The notes: a model not told the origin generated them from the letters alone. Shown: positions 1-9,271, numbered from the stretch's first letter. The stretch is 60,175 bases of DNA from a virus (IMGVR_UViG_3300025398_000018:1-60175), one strand, 5' to 3'. Program-made: numbers and translations.

Positions 1-82
1 TTAATGTGTTTGTACCTGCAACTGAAGGTGCTTGAAGGGTAATTGCCCCTGATGTATCTCCACTGATAACTAATGAACTCAT
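1..82 (-). CDS. 5' part of a tail-fibre-region protein, truncated by window edge (MSSLVISGDTSGAITLQAPSVAGTNTL...)
   Basis: ATG at 82 overlaps the stop of the 79..1074 ORF. The frame stays open to the window edge. Confidence 0.6.
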   Translation of the reverse strand, partial: MSSLVISGDTSGAITLQAPSVAGTNTL

Positions 83-1074
83 AGAACCACCCATCTACTG
101 CCCGAAGGCACGGTTACTGATTTTCCACTAGCTATCGTTACAGGGCCTGTGCTTGATGCTGAATAGCCTGTAGGAATCGTATAACTAATAGAAATTGTTT
201 GGTTGTTTACAAAAATGCCATTACCGGCAATAACTTCAGCTGCTGTTAATTCGCCAGTAGAAGGCTTAAATAAATACTCTGTGTTAGCAGTATAAATAAC
301 TTGCGCTGTACCTGATGTAGCATGCGCAAATAATGGATAGTACGCTGTTGATGAAGCCGTATCATTACTGATTGATGAACCGCCAACAGAATACCAGCCG
401 GGTGTGCTCGCCACTTCACTATAACCTTCAAACTGTTTAGTGTCGGTGTTATAGCGAATCATGCCCTCAGTTGGGCTAACTGGTTCTTGTGCAGTTGAGC
501 CAGCAGGTAATAGTACTGCGCCAGTCGAAGTAAAAGAAGCCGTGCCCGATGCCGTAAAGTTGGTAAATTTACCTGTGCTAGGTGTCGTAGCTCCAATCGA
601 CATATTGTTGATTGTGCCCGCTGTAGTTGGATTAACAGTTACCGTTCCGGAAGGGGACAAACTAGCGCTTGTATTAGCCGTTAAATTAGTAAAAGTACCG
701 GCACTTGCAGTTGTACCACCAATATTGGGAGCGTATGTATTGCCTGATGGGTCTACAAAAACAGCTTCTTCAGAAGGGTACGTAATAAATACGTTTTGTA
801 AGCCAGCATTAAAGTTAACTGTTCCACCAGCATTTGATGATGAGTAAACTGTATTACGTGTTAATTGATTGCCAGACGTGGTCGTGAAAGTGCCAAGGCC
901 AACCTCCCAGTTATTACCTGATTGGTCGGCGATGCAATAATACGTTGTCGTGCCGCTTGTTACTAGTGCCGTAACAAAAGATTGGTATCCTGTTACTGCG
1001 CCAAGTAAATTTACTACTCCGGTACCCGGAGAGTTTGCGGTCTCTAGTACCCTATCTTTTACCAAGAACGCCAT
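79..1074 (-). CDS. Tail fibre/virion structural protein
   Basis: Thr/Ser/Gly-rich, with a GMIRYNTDTKQFEGY fibre-type motif. Late operon; GGAG RBS. Confidence 0.65.
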   Translation of the reverse strand: MAFLVKDRVLETANSPGTGVVNLLGAVTGYQSFVTALVTSGTTTYYCIADQSGNNWEVGLGTFTTTSGNQLTRNTVYSSSNAGGTVNFNAGLQNVFITYPSEEAVFVDPSGNTYAPNIGGTTASAGTFTNLTANTSASLSPSGTVTVNPTTAGTINNMSIGATTPSTGKFTNFTASGTASFTSTGAVLLPAGSTAQEPVSPTEGMIRYNTDTKQFEGYSEVASTPGWYSVGGSSISNDTASSTAYYPLFAHATSGTAQVIYTANTEYLFKPSTGELTAAEVIAGNGIFVNNQTISISYTIPTGYSASSTGPVTIASGKSVTVPSGSRWVVL

Positions 1075-1087
1075 ATACGGCTCCTAA

Positions 1088-1693
1088 TTAACTTGTGGCA
1101 GTTGTGCTATATGTAACTGAAACAGTGTCACCGGCTGTAGTTGTTTTTGCAACAGAGAAGTTACCTTCAGAATATAAAGTACCGCCAGTGTTGCTTTGTG
1201 CGCTAGAAGCACCTGAACCTAGTACCAAGAAACAACCGTAAACAGTACCGCCAGAACCAGTAATTGTATAGGTAATAGCAGTTGCTGTAGAAGAAGTTAC
1301 GTTAGATGGTGTAGAGCCAGTAGAAGTAGAAGAAGCAAACACTGCAGTACCACGAACAGCGGAGCCGCCAACTGTATAGGCAATAAACTCTTTACCACCA
1401 CCAACCAAAGTTGTCATAGTATCAGTGGCAGCTGGAGTTAAACTGGCGTTTGTTAGACCTAGATATGGGCCAGTAACTGTGTATGCAGAGCCTTTTAGCA
1501 GGGTGTCAAGCATTAACTGCTTACCAGCAGCAACTACCAGATTTGGAAACTCTTCAGTCCACTTTAAATTACCTTGTGCATCGTGGCACTCAACGTACCA
1601 ATGACCTTCAACACCAAGGGTCTCGTTTTTAATAGCGTTAGCTTGCATACTAATTTCTGCGTTATCGCCACAGCTTGCTAATTCTTTTTGCAT
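1088..1693 (-). CDS. Virion structural protein
   Basis: T/S/G-rich beta protein in the late operon; AGGAG RBS. Confidence 0.55.
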   Translation of the reverse strand: MQKELASCGDNAEISMQANAIKNETLGVEGHWYVECHDAQGNLKWTEEFPNLVVAAGKQLMLDTLLKGSAYTVTGPYLGLTNASLTPAATDTMTTLVGGGKEFIAYTVGGSAVRGTAVFASSTSTGSTPSNVTSSTATAITYTITGSGGTVYGCFLVLGSGASSAQSNTGGTLYSEGNFSVAKTTTAGDTVSVTYSTTATS

Positions 1694-1701
1694 AATTGCT
1701 C

Positions 1702-2139
1702 CTAACTAATTCTAATAATGGCGTTTGTCGCCGTGGGGGTTGGGAATGTTACAGTAAAAGTTCCTGCTGATGTGTTCGTTTTATCCGAACCAAAATCCAA
1801 AACCGCTACCGCTGCATTAGTTGTACCATTATATATTAAGGCGCACCTAGCAGTAAAGCTAGCTCCTGTCCAAACTACGGGGGCAAAAGATATATAAGCG
1901 GTGTTTGAATTGGTGTCGCCTACGGGCACTTGTGTAATGGTTAGGGGCTTTCCCCCGGCAGTGTAACCTGCACCAGATACTTCGTTGGCGGTTGTATAAG
2001 CGGTTGTTGAATTATTAAGGCTAGCGTTGCCAGTATAAAGGGCGATATTGTAGGTATATGGGGTGCCAACAGCAAAGTTTTCCAACCCTGATAAAAGATT
2101 TACTTTAAAAACCGTAGTCTGCCCTTGAATAATAGCCAT
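1702..2139 (-). CDS. Virion structural protein
   Basis: Coupled to the upstream gene; composition typical of phage structural proteins. Confidence 0.55.
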   Translation of the reverse strand: MAIIQGQTTVFKVNLLSGLENFAVGTPYTYNIALYTGNASLNNSTTAYTTANEVSGAGYTAGGKPLTITQVPVGDTNSNTAYISFAPVVWTGASFTARCALIYNGTTNAAVAVLDFGSDKTNTSAGTFTVTFPTPTATNAIIRIS

Positions 2140-3059
2140 TATGAGCCTCTACCACCAGTATTAATTTTAAGCTGGCCATCTCTGTAGAAGTCGCCACGCT
2201 CCATACCATCTGAGAGGCGTTTAAGCTGTGCCATGGACTCTTGGTACTTGTCTTCATAGTACTTAACCATATCGGCCTCGCCCTTCATGAAAATCATAGC
2301 TTCGCGCATAGCGCCATAGAACAAAACCGGGTCGTAGTTATCGCCCAGCCAGCTAGTTCCGCTTGCATTTGAAATGGCTGTTACTGTGATAGAAAAGCCG
2401 CTACCAGTACTACCAAGGGAAGAACAAGAAAGAACATCGCCCACGACATAAAAATTGCCGCCAAACTTAACGCTACAGGATGTGACTGAGCCTCCAACGA
2501 TAACGATATCAGCAGTTGCATTAACACCTGAGCCTCCAGTTAAAGGAACATTTTGGTATACACCATTGGTATATAGCGTACCGTAGTTTGTTACTGCTAT
2601 GCCGCTAATTTGACCTTGAACAATGGTTGGTGGGTAGTAGAAATAGTGCATTTCCACTTGGTAGTTTTGGTCTGGGGTAGGCCCAATTATCAGAGTCATC
2701 TCATTCACATTATTGTATTGAGACCCAAATAAGGAATAGTACTTTGGCAACCCAATAGCGTTTGTGGCTGGATATGCTTCACGGATAAAGTTGACGTCTT
2801 TGTTTAACAGGTAGTTGTAGTTACCCGAAGAGTCAATAACCGCGATTGAATAATTAGCCAGCCAATCTAAAGGTAGAGATACGTATTGATTGTTAGCTGT
2901 TATGGTGCCAATAACATTTTTACGTAATGAAGGTAAGTTAACGCTATTGTATATACGGTCTTCAGCCTGCTGAATAAATACAGGGATACTAGCTACAAAT
3001 AGCTGTTCAGTATTTTCAGCGTAGGCTTGTATATTGTTATACAGCGTTTCGTAATTCAT
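2139..3059 (-). CDS. Head-tail adaptor-like protein with an internal beta-rich insertion
   Basis: N-terminus (FIQQAEDRI; G-P-YY; GPTPD..Y..E..Y) and C-terminus (WL..NY...LFYGAM.EA) resemble podovirus adaptor proteins. Confidence 0.55.
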   Translation of the reverse strand: MNYETLYNNIQAYAENTEQLFVASIPVFIQQAEDRIYNSVNLPSLRKNVIGTITANNQYVSLPLDWLANYSIAVIDSSGNYNYLLNKDVNFIREAYPATNAIGLPKYYSLFGSQYNNVNEMTLIIGPTPDQNYQVEMHYFYYPPTIVQGQISGIAVTNYGTLYTNGVYQNVPLTGGSGVNATADIVIVGGSVTSCSVKFGGNFYVVGDVLSCSSLGSTGSGFSITVTAISNASGTSWLGDNYDPVLFYGAMREAMIFMKGEADMVKYYEDKYQESMAQLKRLSDGMERGDFYRDGQLKINTGGRGS

Positions 3060-3355
3060 TAGGCTAATGGACCTCTAGAAGTATAACCTTTGGTAGCTGC
3101 GCCAAAACCACGTTGCTTAACGCCTTCGGTTTTAGTAGCTGGGTAGTTACCCTTGCTAACAGTACCAGTAGAAATATTCATGCGGTTCATGTAAGCAGCG
3201 CCGGTCTCTGTAGATTCTGCAGGTAGTCCACCTGATACGGGGTTTCCGCTCATATCATGGGGCATAGCATACTTTTCAGCAGGCAGTGTGTTTTTGTTGT
3301 TACCAACCTTAACGGCTGGGCTGTTCTTTTTTGTGGGTTTAACTTGAGCAACCAT
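3059..3355 (-). CDS. Small basic hypothetical protein
   Basis: Translationally coupled ORF ending in RGFGAATKGYTSRGPLA. Confidence 0.6.
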   Translation of the reverse strand: MVAQVKPTKKNSPAVKVGNNKNTLPAEKYAMPHDMSGNPVSGGLPAESTETGAAYMNRMNISTGTVSKGNYPATKTEGVKQRGFGAATKGYTSRGPLA

Positions 3356-3357
3356 GA

Positions 3358-3555
3358 TTACATTCCTTTGCCTTTTAAATCAATAGAACCAAACTGATTA
3401 ACCAGCTTAGCACGGTTCATACCATCAGCTTTACGCTCGTCGTTTGATACGCCAAGACTTTTATTAGCCGACATTGTTTTTGCTTTTGGACCATCATCAC
3501 CTAAGTTTCTACCTTTGGTCATACCTTTTTTTGCAATACCATCGCCTCTTGCCAT
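3358..3555 (-). CDS. Small basic hypothetical protein
   Basis: AGGA RBS; in operon. Confidence 0.55.
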   Translation of the reverse strand: MARGDGIAKKGMTKGRNLGDDGPKAKTMSANKSLGVSNDERKADGMNRAKLVNQFGSIDLKGKGM

Positions 3556-3565
3556 TTTCCTACTC

Positions 3566-3985
3566 CTAGTTAATTGTTACTGTTCCAACTTGCCCAACTC
3601 CAACTAAATAATTTGGGGTCTCGTTATAATCGTATCCTTGCCCTACAGGGTTCCAACCCCACTGTACTGCCCTACTACCACCTGATGCTACACCATACCC
3701 ACTTTGCGTAGGTCCACCAGTATAAGGATTTGTTTCTAATCCAGTAGTACCTGACTGGTAGTAACTGTTATCTCGTCTTGGTTCCCGTACAGCCTGTGGG
3801 TCATTGACCGGGTACATACCTAATTGTAACTGAGGCTGGTCCATTTCCCAACATTCTGGGCATACTTTAATGCTAACATTTTTAGTCTTAATCGTCAGCT
3901 TTTTAAGAGTGACAAGTTTGTAACGAAAGCCACATCTATCGCACTCGGCAATCGCAAACCGACCAGAAGCAAACTGGGTTGTCAT
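3566..3985 (-). CDS. Zn-binding (CxxC...CxxC) morphogenesis protein
   Basis: CDRC and CPEC motifs; coupled to the upstream gene. Confidence 0.6.
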   Translation of the reverse strand: MTTQFASGRFAIAECDRCGFRYKLVTLKKLTIKTKNVSIKVCPECWEMDQPQLQLGMYPVNDPQAVREPRRDNSYYQSGTTGLETNPYTGGPTQSGYGVASGGSRAVQWGWNPVGQGYDYNETPNYLVGVGQVGTVTIN

Positions 3986-4731
3986 TACTTAACGCCTAAA
4001 AATGTCTGACGAGGAATAAACCTAATCGGTGCCTTTTCTCTGTCTTCTTGTGCTGCTAAATCAAATTGTTGTTCGTAGTCCTGCTTTAAGCCTATAACCC
4101 GCTGGGCATCAATACCTTGAATTTTCATAGATAAATAGTAAGCGAGTCCTGCCACCATGCAGGTCAAAAAACGGAAAGGTATATCTTGGGTATTAACACC
4201 ACCACCAGAATCTTGAATACGGCGCATACGCCAGTAAACAAAGTTGTAATACGGGTTATTTGCTGTGCCTTGGTCTGGGGTTGGCCAAACGGTGATTTGA
4301 GGCTTTCTATCTGGAGTTGGGTCAGTAGGGTATGTTGCACCTGATTGGCGGTTAATCCAGACCTGTATAGGGCGTCCCTGGGCTAATTTATTAGGGATTG
4401 TAGAGTAGGTAGATACACTGATGCGACTGATGGTGATATCGGTTTGATTACTTTGCTGGCCCGCATTAGTGCGGATTTGGTGTTCCAGTAGGTCGATTGT
4501 ATCAGTAGGTAAATCATATGTATTAATCCCTTGCACCATAGGAATAGTGCCTTGTTCAATAGTCCAAAGATTTATGCCTCTATTTGCCCACTCAATAGTA
4601 AGCAAGTTCAAAGAGCGGCGCGCGGTACGCATGTCATAGCCAGAACGAAGCTCAGCGCCACAGCGCTCAAAAGCTTCTTCTATTAACTCAGTTAAATCTA
4701 AGTTAAATGTTGCTACGCCAGAAGTAGTCAT
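3985..4731 (-). CDS. Head-tail connector / tail tubular-like protein
   Basis: IEEAFERCG...ARRSLNLL..EWANRG and WPTPD motifs typical of podovirus connector proteins. Confidence 0.6.
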   Translation of the reverse strand: MTTSGVATFNLDLTELIEEAFERCGAELRSGYDMRTARRSLNLLTIEWANRGINLWTIEQGTIPMVQGINTYDLPTDTIDLLEHQIRTNAGQQSNQTDITISRISVSTYSTIPNKLAQGRPIQVWINRQSGATYPTDPTPDRKPQITVWPTPDQGTANNPYYNFVYWRMRRIQDSGGGVNTQDIPFRFLTCMVAGLAYYLSMKIQGIDAQRVIGLKQDYEQQFDLAAQEDREKAPIRFIPRQTFLGVK

Positions 4732-4958
4732 TACTTCGCCTTTTTAGTAGTTTTCTTAGCAGCTACTTTTTTCTTAGCAGCTGGCTTTTTTGCAGCAGGT
4801 TTTTTGCGTGTAGTAGCTTTTGGAACTATCACTTTCTTTGGGCGTGGCTCAAAATCTTTACTTACTTGACCAACAGGGAAAGGCCAAGCAGCAAGTCTTG
4901 GGTCAATCTCTTCTTGTGGTTTGTTAAACAAACCTAATATCCAAGCAACTAGTTTCAT
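4731..4958 (-). CDS. Small protein with histone-like Lys/Ala tail
   Basis: C-terminus KKPAAKKPAAKKKVAAKK; ATGA overlap with the upstream gene. Confidence 0.6.
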   Translation of the reverse strand: MKLVAWILGLFNKPQEEIDPRLAAWPFPVGQVSKDFEPRPKKVIVPKATTRKKPAAKKPAAKKKVAAKKTTKKAK

Positions 4959-5134
4959 TTCTTTAGTCCTTTTAGGGTTTCCGCCAGCCTAGCCCGCTTA
5001 CCCACCTTGCCGGGTTTTTTTGCAGCTGCAGCTAGTTTGCTGGACGGAATCTTTTTACCAGCAGGTACACCTAGCTCTTTATGCAAAGCACCGGGTTTTT
5101 TAATTGCCTTTTGAATCCAATTCTTAGTAGCCAT
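4955..5134 (-). CDS. 59-aa basic protein missing from the ORF track (MATKNWIQKAIKKPGALHKELGVP...LKGLKK)
   Basis: Translated by hand. It fills the gap exactly, with TAATG and ATGA overlaps to both neighbours. Confidence 0.75.
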   Translation of the reverse strand: MATKNWIQKAIKKPGALHKELGVPAGKKIPSSKLAAAAKKPGKVGKRARLAETLKGLKK

Positions 5135-5385
5135 TACTTTATCTTTCTGTATGGTTTTACTTTTTCTTTAACTGCTTTAGGTTGTGCTACAAACTGCTTA
5201 CCTTTTGCCTTACCAGCACGTTTAGCGCGTGTTGTTGCAGCATACTCCTGTGGGCTTAAAGCATCAATAGCTTTTTTTGGCAAATAACGCTCGCCTGTTT
5301 CGGATGATTTTTTACCAGATTTGGTTGTCCATTTCTGTTCACCCCAAGCTTTTAACGAACGCTGTGGTTTTGCCAACCCACTCAT
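5134..5385 (-). CDS. Small basic hypothetical protein
   Basis: Coupled ORF in the late operon. Confidence 0.65.
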   Translation of the reverse strand: MSGLAKPQRSLKAWGEQKWTTKSGKKSSETGERYLPKKAIDALSPQEYAATTRAKRAGKAKGKQFVAQPKAVKEKVKPYRKIK

Positions 5386-5795
5386 TTATATCCACCACCT
5401 GCCGCTTTGTATTTCTTAGCTACCAACTGTGCTTTACGAGCTGACCATTTACCAGCCCCAGTCCCCTGAGTAGCAGCAGCTTTAACTTCTGAAACAATGC
5501 GCTTACGTAAACTAGGCTTGGTGTAGTTACCTGCCGCATTTACTTTGCCGCCATCTTTCATATAGCCCATCTTGTTACGAACTTCAGTGGGCAGTTTTGA
5601 AAGACCCGCATTGTCTTCTGGTACTTCTTTAAGCTGTCCACCTTCTGCCATCTTCTTAGGTTTTTTACCAGCTGCTTTCATAGCAATAGCAGTAGCTGCC
5701 TGTTTGGCAAGGCCGCCTTTTTTTAACACAGCAGACTCAGAACCTTTAGGAAGTTTAGATGGGCTAACAGCGCCCATTCCACGGCTGGCTTTCAT
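5382..5795 (-). CDS. Basic protein with repeated xxGG motifs
   Basis: Contains LKKGG, MAEGG, MKDGG; coupled ORF. Confidence 0.65.
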   Translation of the reverse strand: MKASRGMGAVSPSKLPKGSESAVLKKGGLAKQAATAIAMKAAGKKPKKMAEGGQLKEVPEDNAGLSKLPTEVRNKMGYMKDGGKVNAAGNYTKPSLRKRIVSEVKAAATQGTGAGKWSARKAQLVAKKYKAAGGGYK

Positions 5796-6023
5796 TTAGC
5801 ACATCCCGCCTTTTTTCATCTTCTTCATAGCCATACCGCCGCCACACATTTTGGCAACAGACTCATGATGAGCCATGTGACCAGCTTTGTGTTCAGCAAT
5901 CATTTCATGCTGTGGTGTATGTGCGCCAGCATGCTTCTTAGTTGCCATGTCATGTGACTCAAACTGTTGAAACTTTTCTACATCTTGGCTCATTGATTTT
6001 GGACCCATTTTTTCTGCTGCCAT
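5796..6023 (-). CDS. Small Met/His/Lys-rich protein
   Basis: AGGAG RBS; ends in MKKGGMC. Confidence 0.6.
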   Translation of the reverse strand: MAAEKMGPKSMSQDVEKFQQFESHDMATKKHAGAHTPQHEMIAEHKAGHMAHHESVAKMCGGGMAMKKMKKGGMC

Positions 6024-6040
6024 GATAATACTCCTTTAAA

Positions 6041-6550
6041 TTAACAAACACGACCTTTAGTACGACCACGCTCGGCAACACCGTCGCGGTTTGAACTTGT
6101 TTTTACTGAACCCATTTTAGATGGCTTTACCATACCGCCTTTTTTAAGGCTTAACTTAGTACCTTTACCACCTTTGTGTTCTTGAGCGTCATGTTCTTTG
6201 AACGCTTTTTTAATCATAGCAACGTCTTGTTTCTTATCCATTGCCATATCTTCTTTCATATCGCTCTTAGCCATACCGCCTTCTTTCTTTCCAATGTACT
6301 TGTTTAAGTTAATGTTTGGTACTTCTTTTTGTTGTCCGTAGATACTACCAGCACGCGTGCCTTGCTTATTAATTTGGCCTTTACCACCACGAGTAATACC
6401 TACACCACCACCTATACCAAACTTACGGCCTTTATCTGCTTTAACAAACTCTTCACCAACAGACTGCTTGATTCCTACCTTCTTAGCAAAGGCTGGATTC
6501 TTAGCTATAGCTTCCATAAAGTTATGTTGCTTTTTAGATGAGCTAGGCAT
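6041..6550 (-). CDS. Basic protein with xxGG motifs
   Basis: Contains KKEGG and LKKGG; coupled to the upstream gene. Confidence 0.65.
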   Translation of the reverse strand: MPSSSKKQHNFMEAIAKNPAFAKKVGIKQSVGEEFVKADKGRKFGIGGGVGITRGGKGQINKQGTRAGSIYGQQKEVPNINLNKYIGKKEGGMAKSDMKEDMAMDKKQDVAMIKKAFKEHDAQEHKGGKGTKLSLKKGGMVKPSKMGSVKTSSNRDGVAERGRTKGRVC

Positions 6551-6798
6551 TATTTACTCCAAAAACCTTGAAATAGATTAGCCATAATAGCGCCAATTAA
6601 AGCCGCAGCGCCGCCAACACCTAACAATAATCTCCAACCACCATGAGCTTCAGCTAAGGTCTTTTGAATAGACTGAATAGCTACTTTAATCTCAGCCATC
6701 TCTTTGACCATTTTGTCCATGTCAGCCTGCAAGTGCTCAATATCGTTAGCATGAGTAGCTAGTTCCCTAGCTGTTGAGATTGGGTCTATATCACTCAT
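6550..6798 (-). CDS. Coiled-coil protein with C-terminal transmembrane helix
   Basis: Start moved to the ATG at 6798 (ATGA overlap). Heptad region followed by LLLGVGGAAALIGAIMA. Confidence 0.6.
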   Translation of the reverse strand: MSDIDPISTARELATHANDIEHLQADMDKMVKEMAEIKVAIQSIQKTLAEAHGGWRLLLGVGGAAALIGAIMANLFQGFWSK

Positions 6799-7061
6799 TT
6801 TGTTCCACACTTCCACCGTCTTAAACTAGCCGCTTTACGAGTTGGTTTGCCGTTCTCATCTTTCATTGGTCCTGGCATCCCCGACATTCTAGCGCAAAAA
6901 GATTTCTTACGAGGGCCACCTTCAGGCTGTGGTGCTTTTAGATGCGAGCCAGTAGCCGCATTATATTTAGCACGACCTTTGGCGGTAAGCCCAGCGCCCT
7001 TAGATGCAGGCAGCTTTTCACCGCGGCCAACTGCAAGCGAAACACCTTTTTTCTTAGCCAT
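6795..7061 (-). CDS. Small basic hypothetical protein
   Basis: GLTAKGR...RKKSFCARM...SLRRWKC pattern, which I recall from environmental phages. Confidence 0.65.
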   Translation of the reverse strand: MAKKKGVSLAVGRGEKLPASKGAGLTAKGRAKYNAATGSHLKAPQPEGGPRKKSFCARMSGMPGPMKDENGKPTRKAASLRRWKCGTK

Positions 7062-7566
7062 AGAAAATTGTAATGCCAGTTACATTAGACAATTGCGCAT
7101 AAATTTGGTTGTATACCAACATGCCTTCTCCAGGTACTTGTACAGATATAACAGCCGCTAAGCTAGCGCTAGTATCAAAAGAAGTCAACCATTTACCAGT
7201 ACTCATAGCTGCAGAACCGGTACCAGTAATAGTACCTGAATTAATATCTGTAACTGTAAATGTATTAGCATCAGAAACAGTAACTGTGTAATTTCCATTA
7301 GTCGCTGTTCCGCCTGTTCCGGCGCCAAAAGCTAAACCTACGTTTTGACCAGTTACAAGACCATGCGCAGTCAAAGAAACGGTAATAGTAGTTCCTGAAC
7401 GTGTGTATGTTCCGGTTGTTACTGGGGCAGTTGTTGTATCCCAGATATTAACTGTACCTGCAGTAGCAGTAGGAATACAAAAAAACCCTCTAAATCTAGT
7501 TCTTTGTGGGCCTACAGCAAAACTGCTTACGTTTACGTGTGCTGATTTAACATCAGTTTGCATCAT
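7054..7566 (-). CDS. Virion structural/decoration protein with beta-rich inserted module
   Basis: AAGGAG RBS; contains a TITVSLTAHGL..G..V module. Confidence 0.55.
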   Translation of the reverse strand: MMQTDVKSAHVNVSSFAVGPQRTRFRGFFCIPTATAGTVNIWDTTTAPVTTGTYTRSGTTITVSLTAHGLVTGQNVGLAFGAGTGGTATNGNYTVTVSDANTFTVTDINSGTITGTGSAAMSTGKWLTSFDTSASLAAVISVQVPGEGMLVYNQIYAQLSNVTGITIFYG

Positions 7567-7586
7567 AATTAATCTCCTTAAATTTT

Positions 7587-7607
7587 AAAAAGGGGACCGA
7601 AGTCCCC
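7587..7607 (-). terminator. Rho-independent terminator
   Basis: GGGGAC-TTCG-GTCCCC-TTTTT on the minus strand (UUCG tetraloop). Confidence 0.75.
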
Positions 7608-7616
7608 CGGGATTAA

Positions 7617-8312
7617 TTAATCAAAGTTACCGTATGGGTAAACAGTTGCAGAACCAATTGAACCATCAACTTGTGTATAGCTAACAGTAAAGTACAAAGT
7701 ACCGGCAGAAATAGTGGTCATTGAAGTACCTACTAAAGCAACAGTAAACACAACCTGTGAGTACTGAGCAGGCTGTTGTGGCTGAAGAATATCAGCTGAA
7801 GTAGATTGTTGATTAGCCAACTGGGTACCAGTAAATGCAGCCAAAGTTTGACGACCAACTGCTGGTGAAGTCAAAACAGCGGTATTACCATAAGCAGCGG
7901 TACCTGCAGCGGCTGTGTAGCCATTAGAAATTAATACTTGAACAGAAGTCAAAGTACCAGCAGCTACGGTTGGAACTACACCAATATCCACATCCATGGC
8001 TGTAATACGTGAGCCAACTGGTAAATAAGCAACAAAACCACGATAAATGTTGGTTGCTGAGTCAGCTGGAATAGTAGCTGTTACAGATGGGTATACAGTA
8101 GAAGAAGGGGTATAAACAACAGCATTGCTGTTAGGGATATTGTTAGAGCTTACAAATTGCTGCGATGCACCAGCATATCCTGCTGTAGCATTGGTTGTAT
8201 TGGTGAGTGTTAAACCAGCGTACTGGGTTAAACGGTCGTAACCTACGTTACGTAATGCGCCAAAACGTTGTGTGCCCGATAGAATTGGGCCTTCAAAGGT
8301 GGAACGTGCCAT
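7617..8312 (-). CDS. Virion structural protein (MARSTFEGP...)
   Basis: Start moved to the ATG at 8312 with AAGGA RBS; T/S/A-rich. Confidence 0.65.
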   Translation of the reverse strand: MARSTFEGPILSGTQRFGALRNVGYDRLTQYAGLTLTNTTNATAGYAGASQQFVSSNNIPNSNAVVYTPSSTVYPSVTATIPADSATNIYRGFVAYLPVGSRITAMDVDIGVVPTVAAGTLTSVQVLISNGYTAAAGTAAYGNTAVLTSPAVGRQTLAAFTGTQLANQQSTSADILQPQQPAQYSQVVFTVALVGTSMTTISAGTLYFTVSYTQVDGSIGSATVYPYGNFD

Positions 8313-8325
8313 GATAAGTGTCCTT

Positions 8326-8394
8326 ATGCAAAAGTTACTCTTACCAATCGTTGCATCGTCTGCTGGGACAGTCCGGTAAGAGAAATTACCCAGA
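8326..8394 (-). ncRNA. Structured double-pseudoknot RNA element, possibly the Mu-gpT-DE motif
   Basis: Stem CTCTTACC/GGTAAGAG. Loop CCCAG pairs with upstream CTGGG, and loop ATGCAA pairs with downstream TTGCAT next to the RBS. Lies downstream of a Mu gpT-like capsid gene. Confidence 0.55.
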
Positions 8395-8484
8395 TACCCG
8401 AAGTATACATCTTTTTTAATTTTTGCAACACAGTTTTTGGGTAAAATGGGTATATTCAGGTAAATATTTGGGGAGCTATGGAAA

Positions 8485-8973
8485 ATGCAATTCAGTATAA
8501 AAAAAGTGGACACCAGAAATCCGGCTATTCAAAATCTTCTAATGTTCCTTCAAAGACAGATACTACCCGCGGATTCCCCATACAAGCCGGACCGTGGCCA
8601 TTGGTGGGTTGCATATGCAGAGTGCGGAAAGCCTGTAGCTTTTGCGGGTTTGGTCCGTTCACTGAAGTGGAGCGACACCGGTTACTTATGTAGAGCTGGT
8701 GTTCTTGATGGATTTACTGGACACGGTTTACAAAAGAGGCTTATACTGGCGCGAATCAAACAAGCTAGGAAGTTAGGATGGAATTGGTTAATTACCGATA
8801 CAACAAACAATCCAGCATCATCAAACTCGCTAATCAACGCGGGCTTCAAAATATACCGACCCGGGCAGCCTTGGAGTTGGAGACACTCAATCTATTGGAA
8901 ATATAAGGTTAATCCTGATGCCATACAAAGACAAGAGCGTAAGAAAAAACAAAGCGAAAGAATACAGCCATGA
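8485..8973 (+). CDS. GNAT-family acetyltransferase
   Basis: YLCRAGV..FTGHGLQKRLI (acetyl-CoA loop) and N.AS..SL..AGF motif B. Confidence 0.7.
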   Translation: MQFSIKKVDTRNPAIQNLLMFLQRQILPADSPYKPDRGHWWVAYAECGKPVAFAGLVRSLKWSDTGYLCRAGVLDGFTGHGLQKRLILARIKQARKLGWNWLITDTTNNPASSNSLINAGFKIYRPGQPWSWRHSIYWKYKVNPDAIQRQERKKKQSERIQP

Positions 8974-9271
8974 GCATTATTTAAAAAATAAAGAAGAAGT
9001 AAAAAAACGTACAGCAGAAAAAAAGAAACAACAACGCCTAGATTGGGATACGTTTAAGCGTACTCTTAAGTGTGCAAAATGTGGATTTTCCCACCCAGCA
9101 GCCCTAGACTTTCACCATACCGACCCTACTAAAAAAGACGCCATAGTAAGCAAATTTAGTAAAGATGGGCAATATAAAAAAGCTATGGAAGAAATAGAAA
9201 AGTGTATAGTCCTGTGCAGTAATTGCCATCGAATACACCACTACGAAGAAAGAAAAAACCCAGCCTTGTGA
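8918..9271 (+). CDS. HNH endonuclease
   Basis: CAKC...LDFHH...CIVLCSNCHRIHH. Confidence 0.8.
   Translation: MPYKDKSVRKNKAKEYSHEHYLKNKEEVKKRTAEKKKQQRLDWDTFKRTLKCAKCGFSHPAALDFHHTDPTKKDAIVSKFSKDGQYKKAMEEIEKCIVLCSNCHRIHHYEERKNPAL

Noticed and set aside
8313-8513. N-terminal extension of ORF 7617..8513
   Set aside because: It overlaps the RNA element and the divergent GNAT start; the RBS supports the ATG at 8312.
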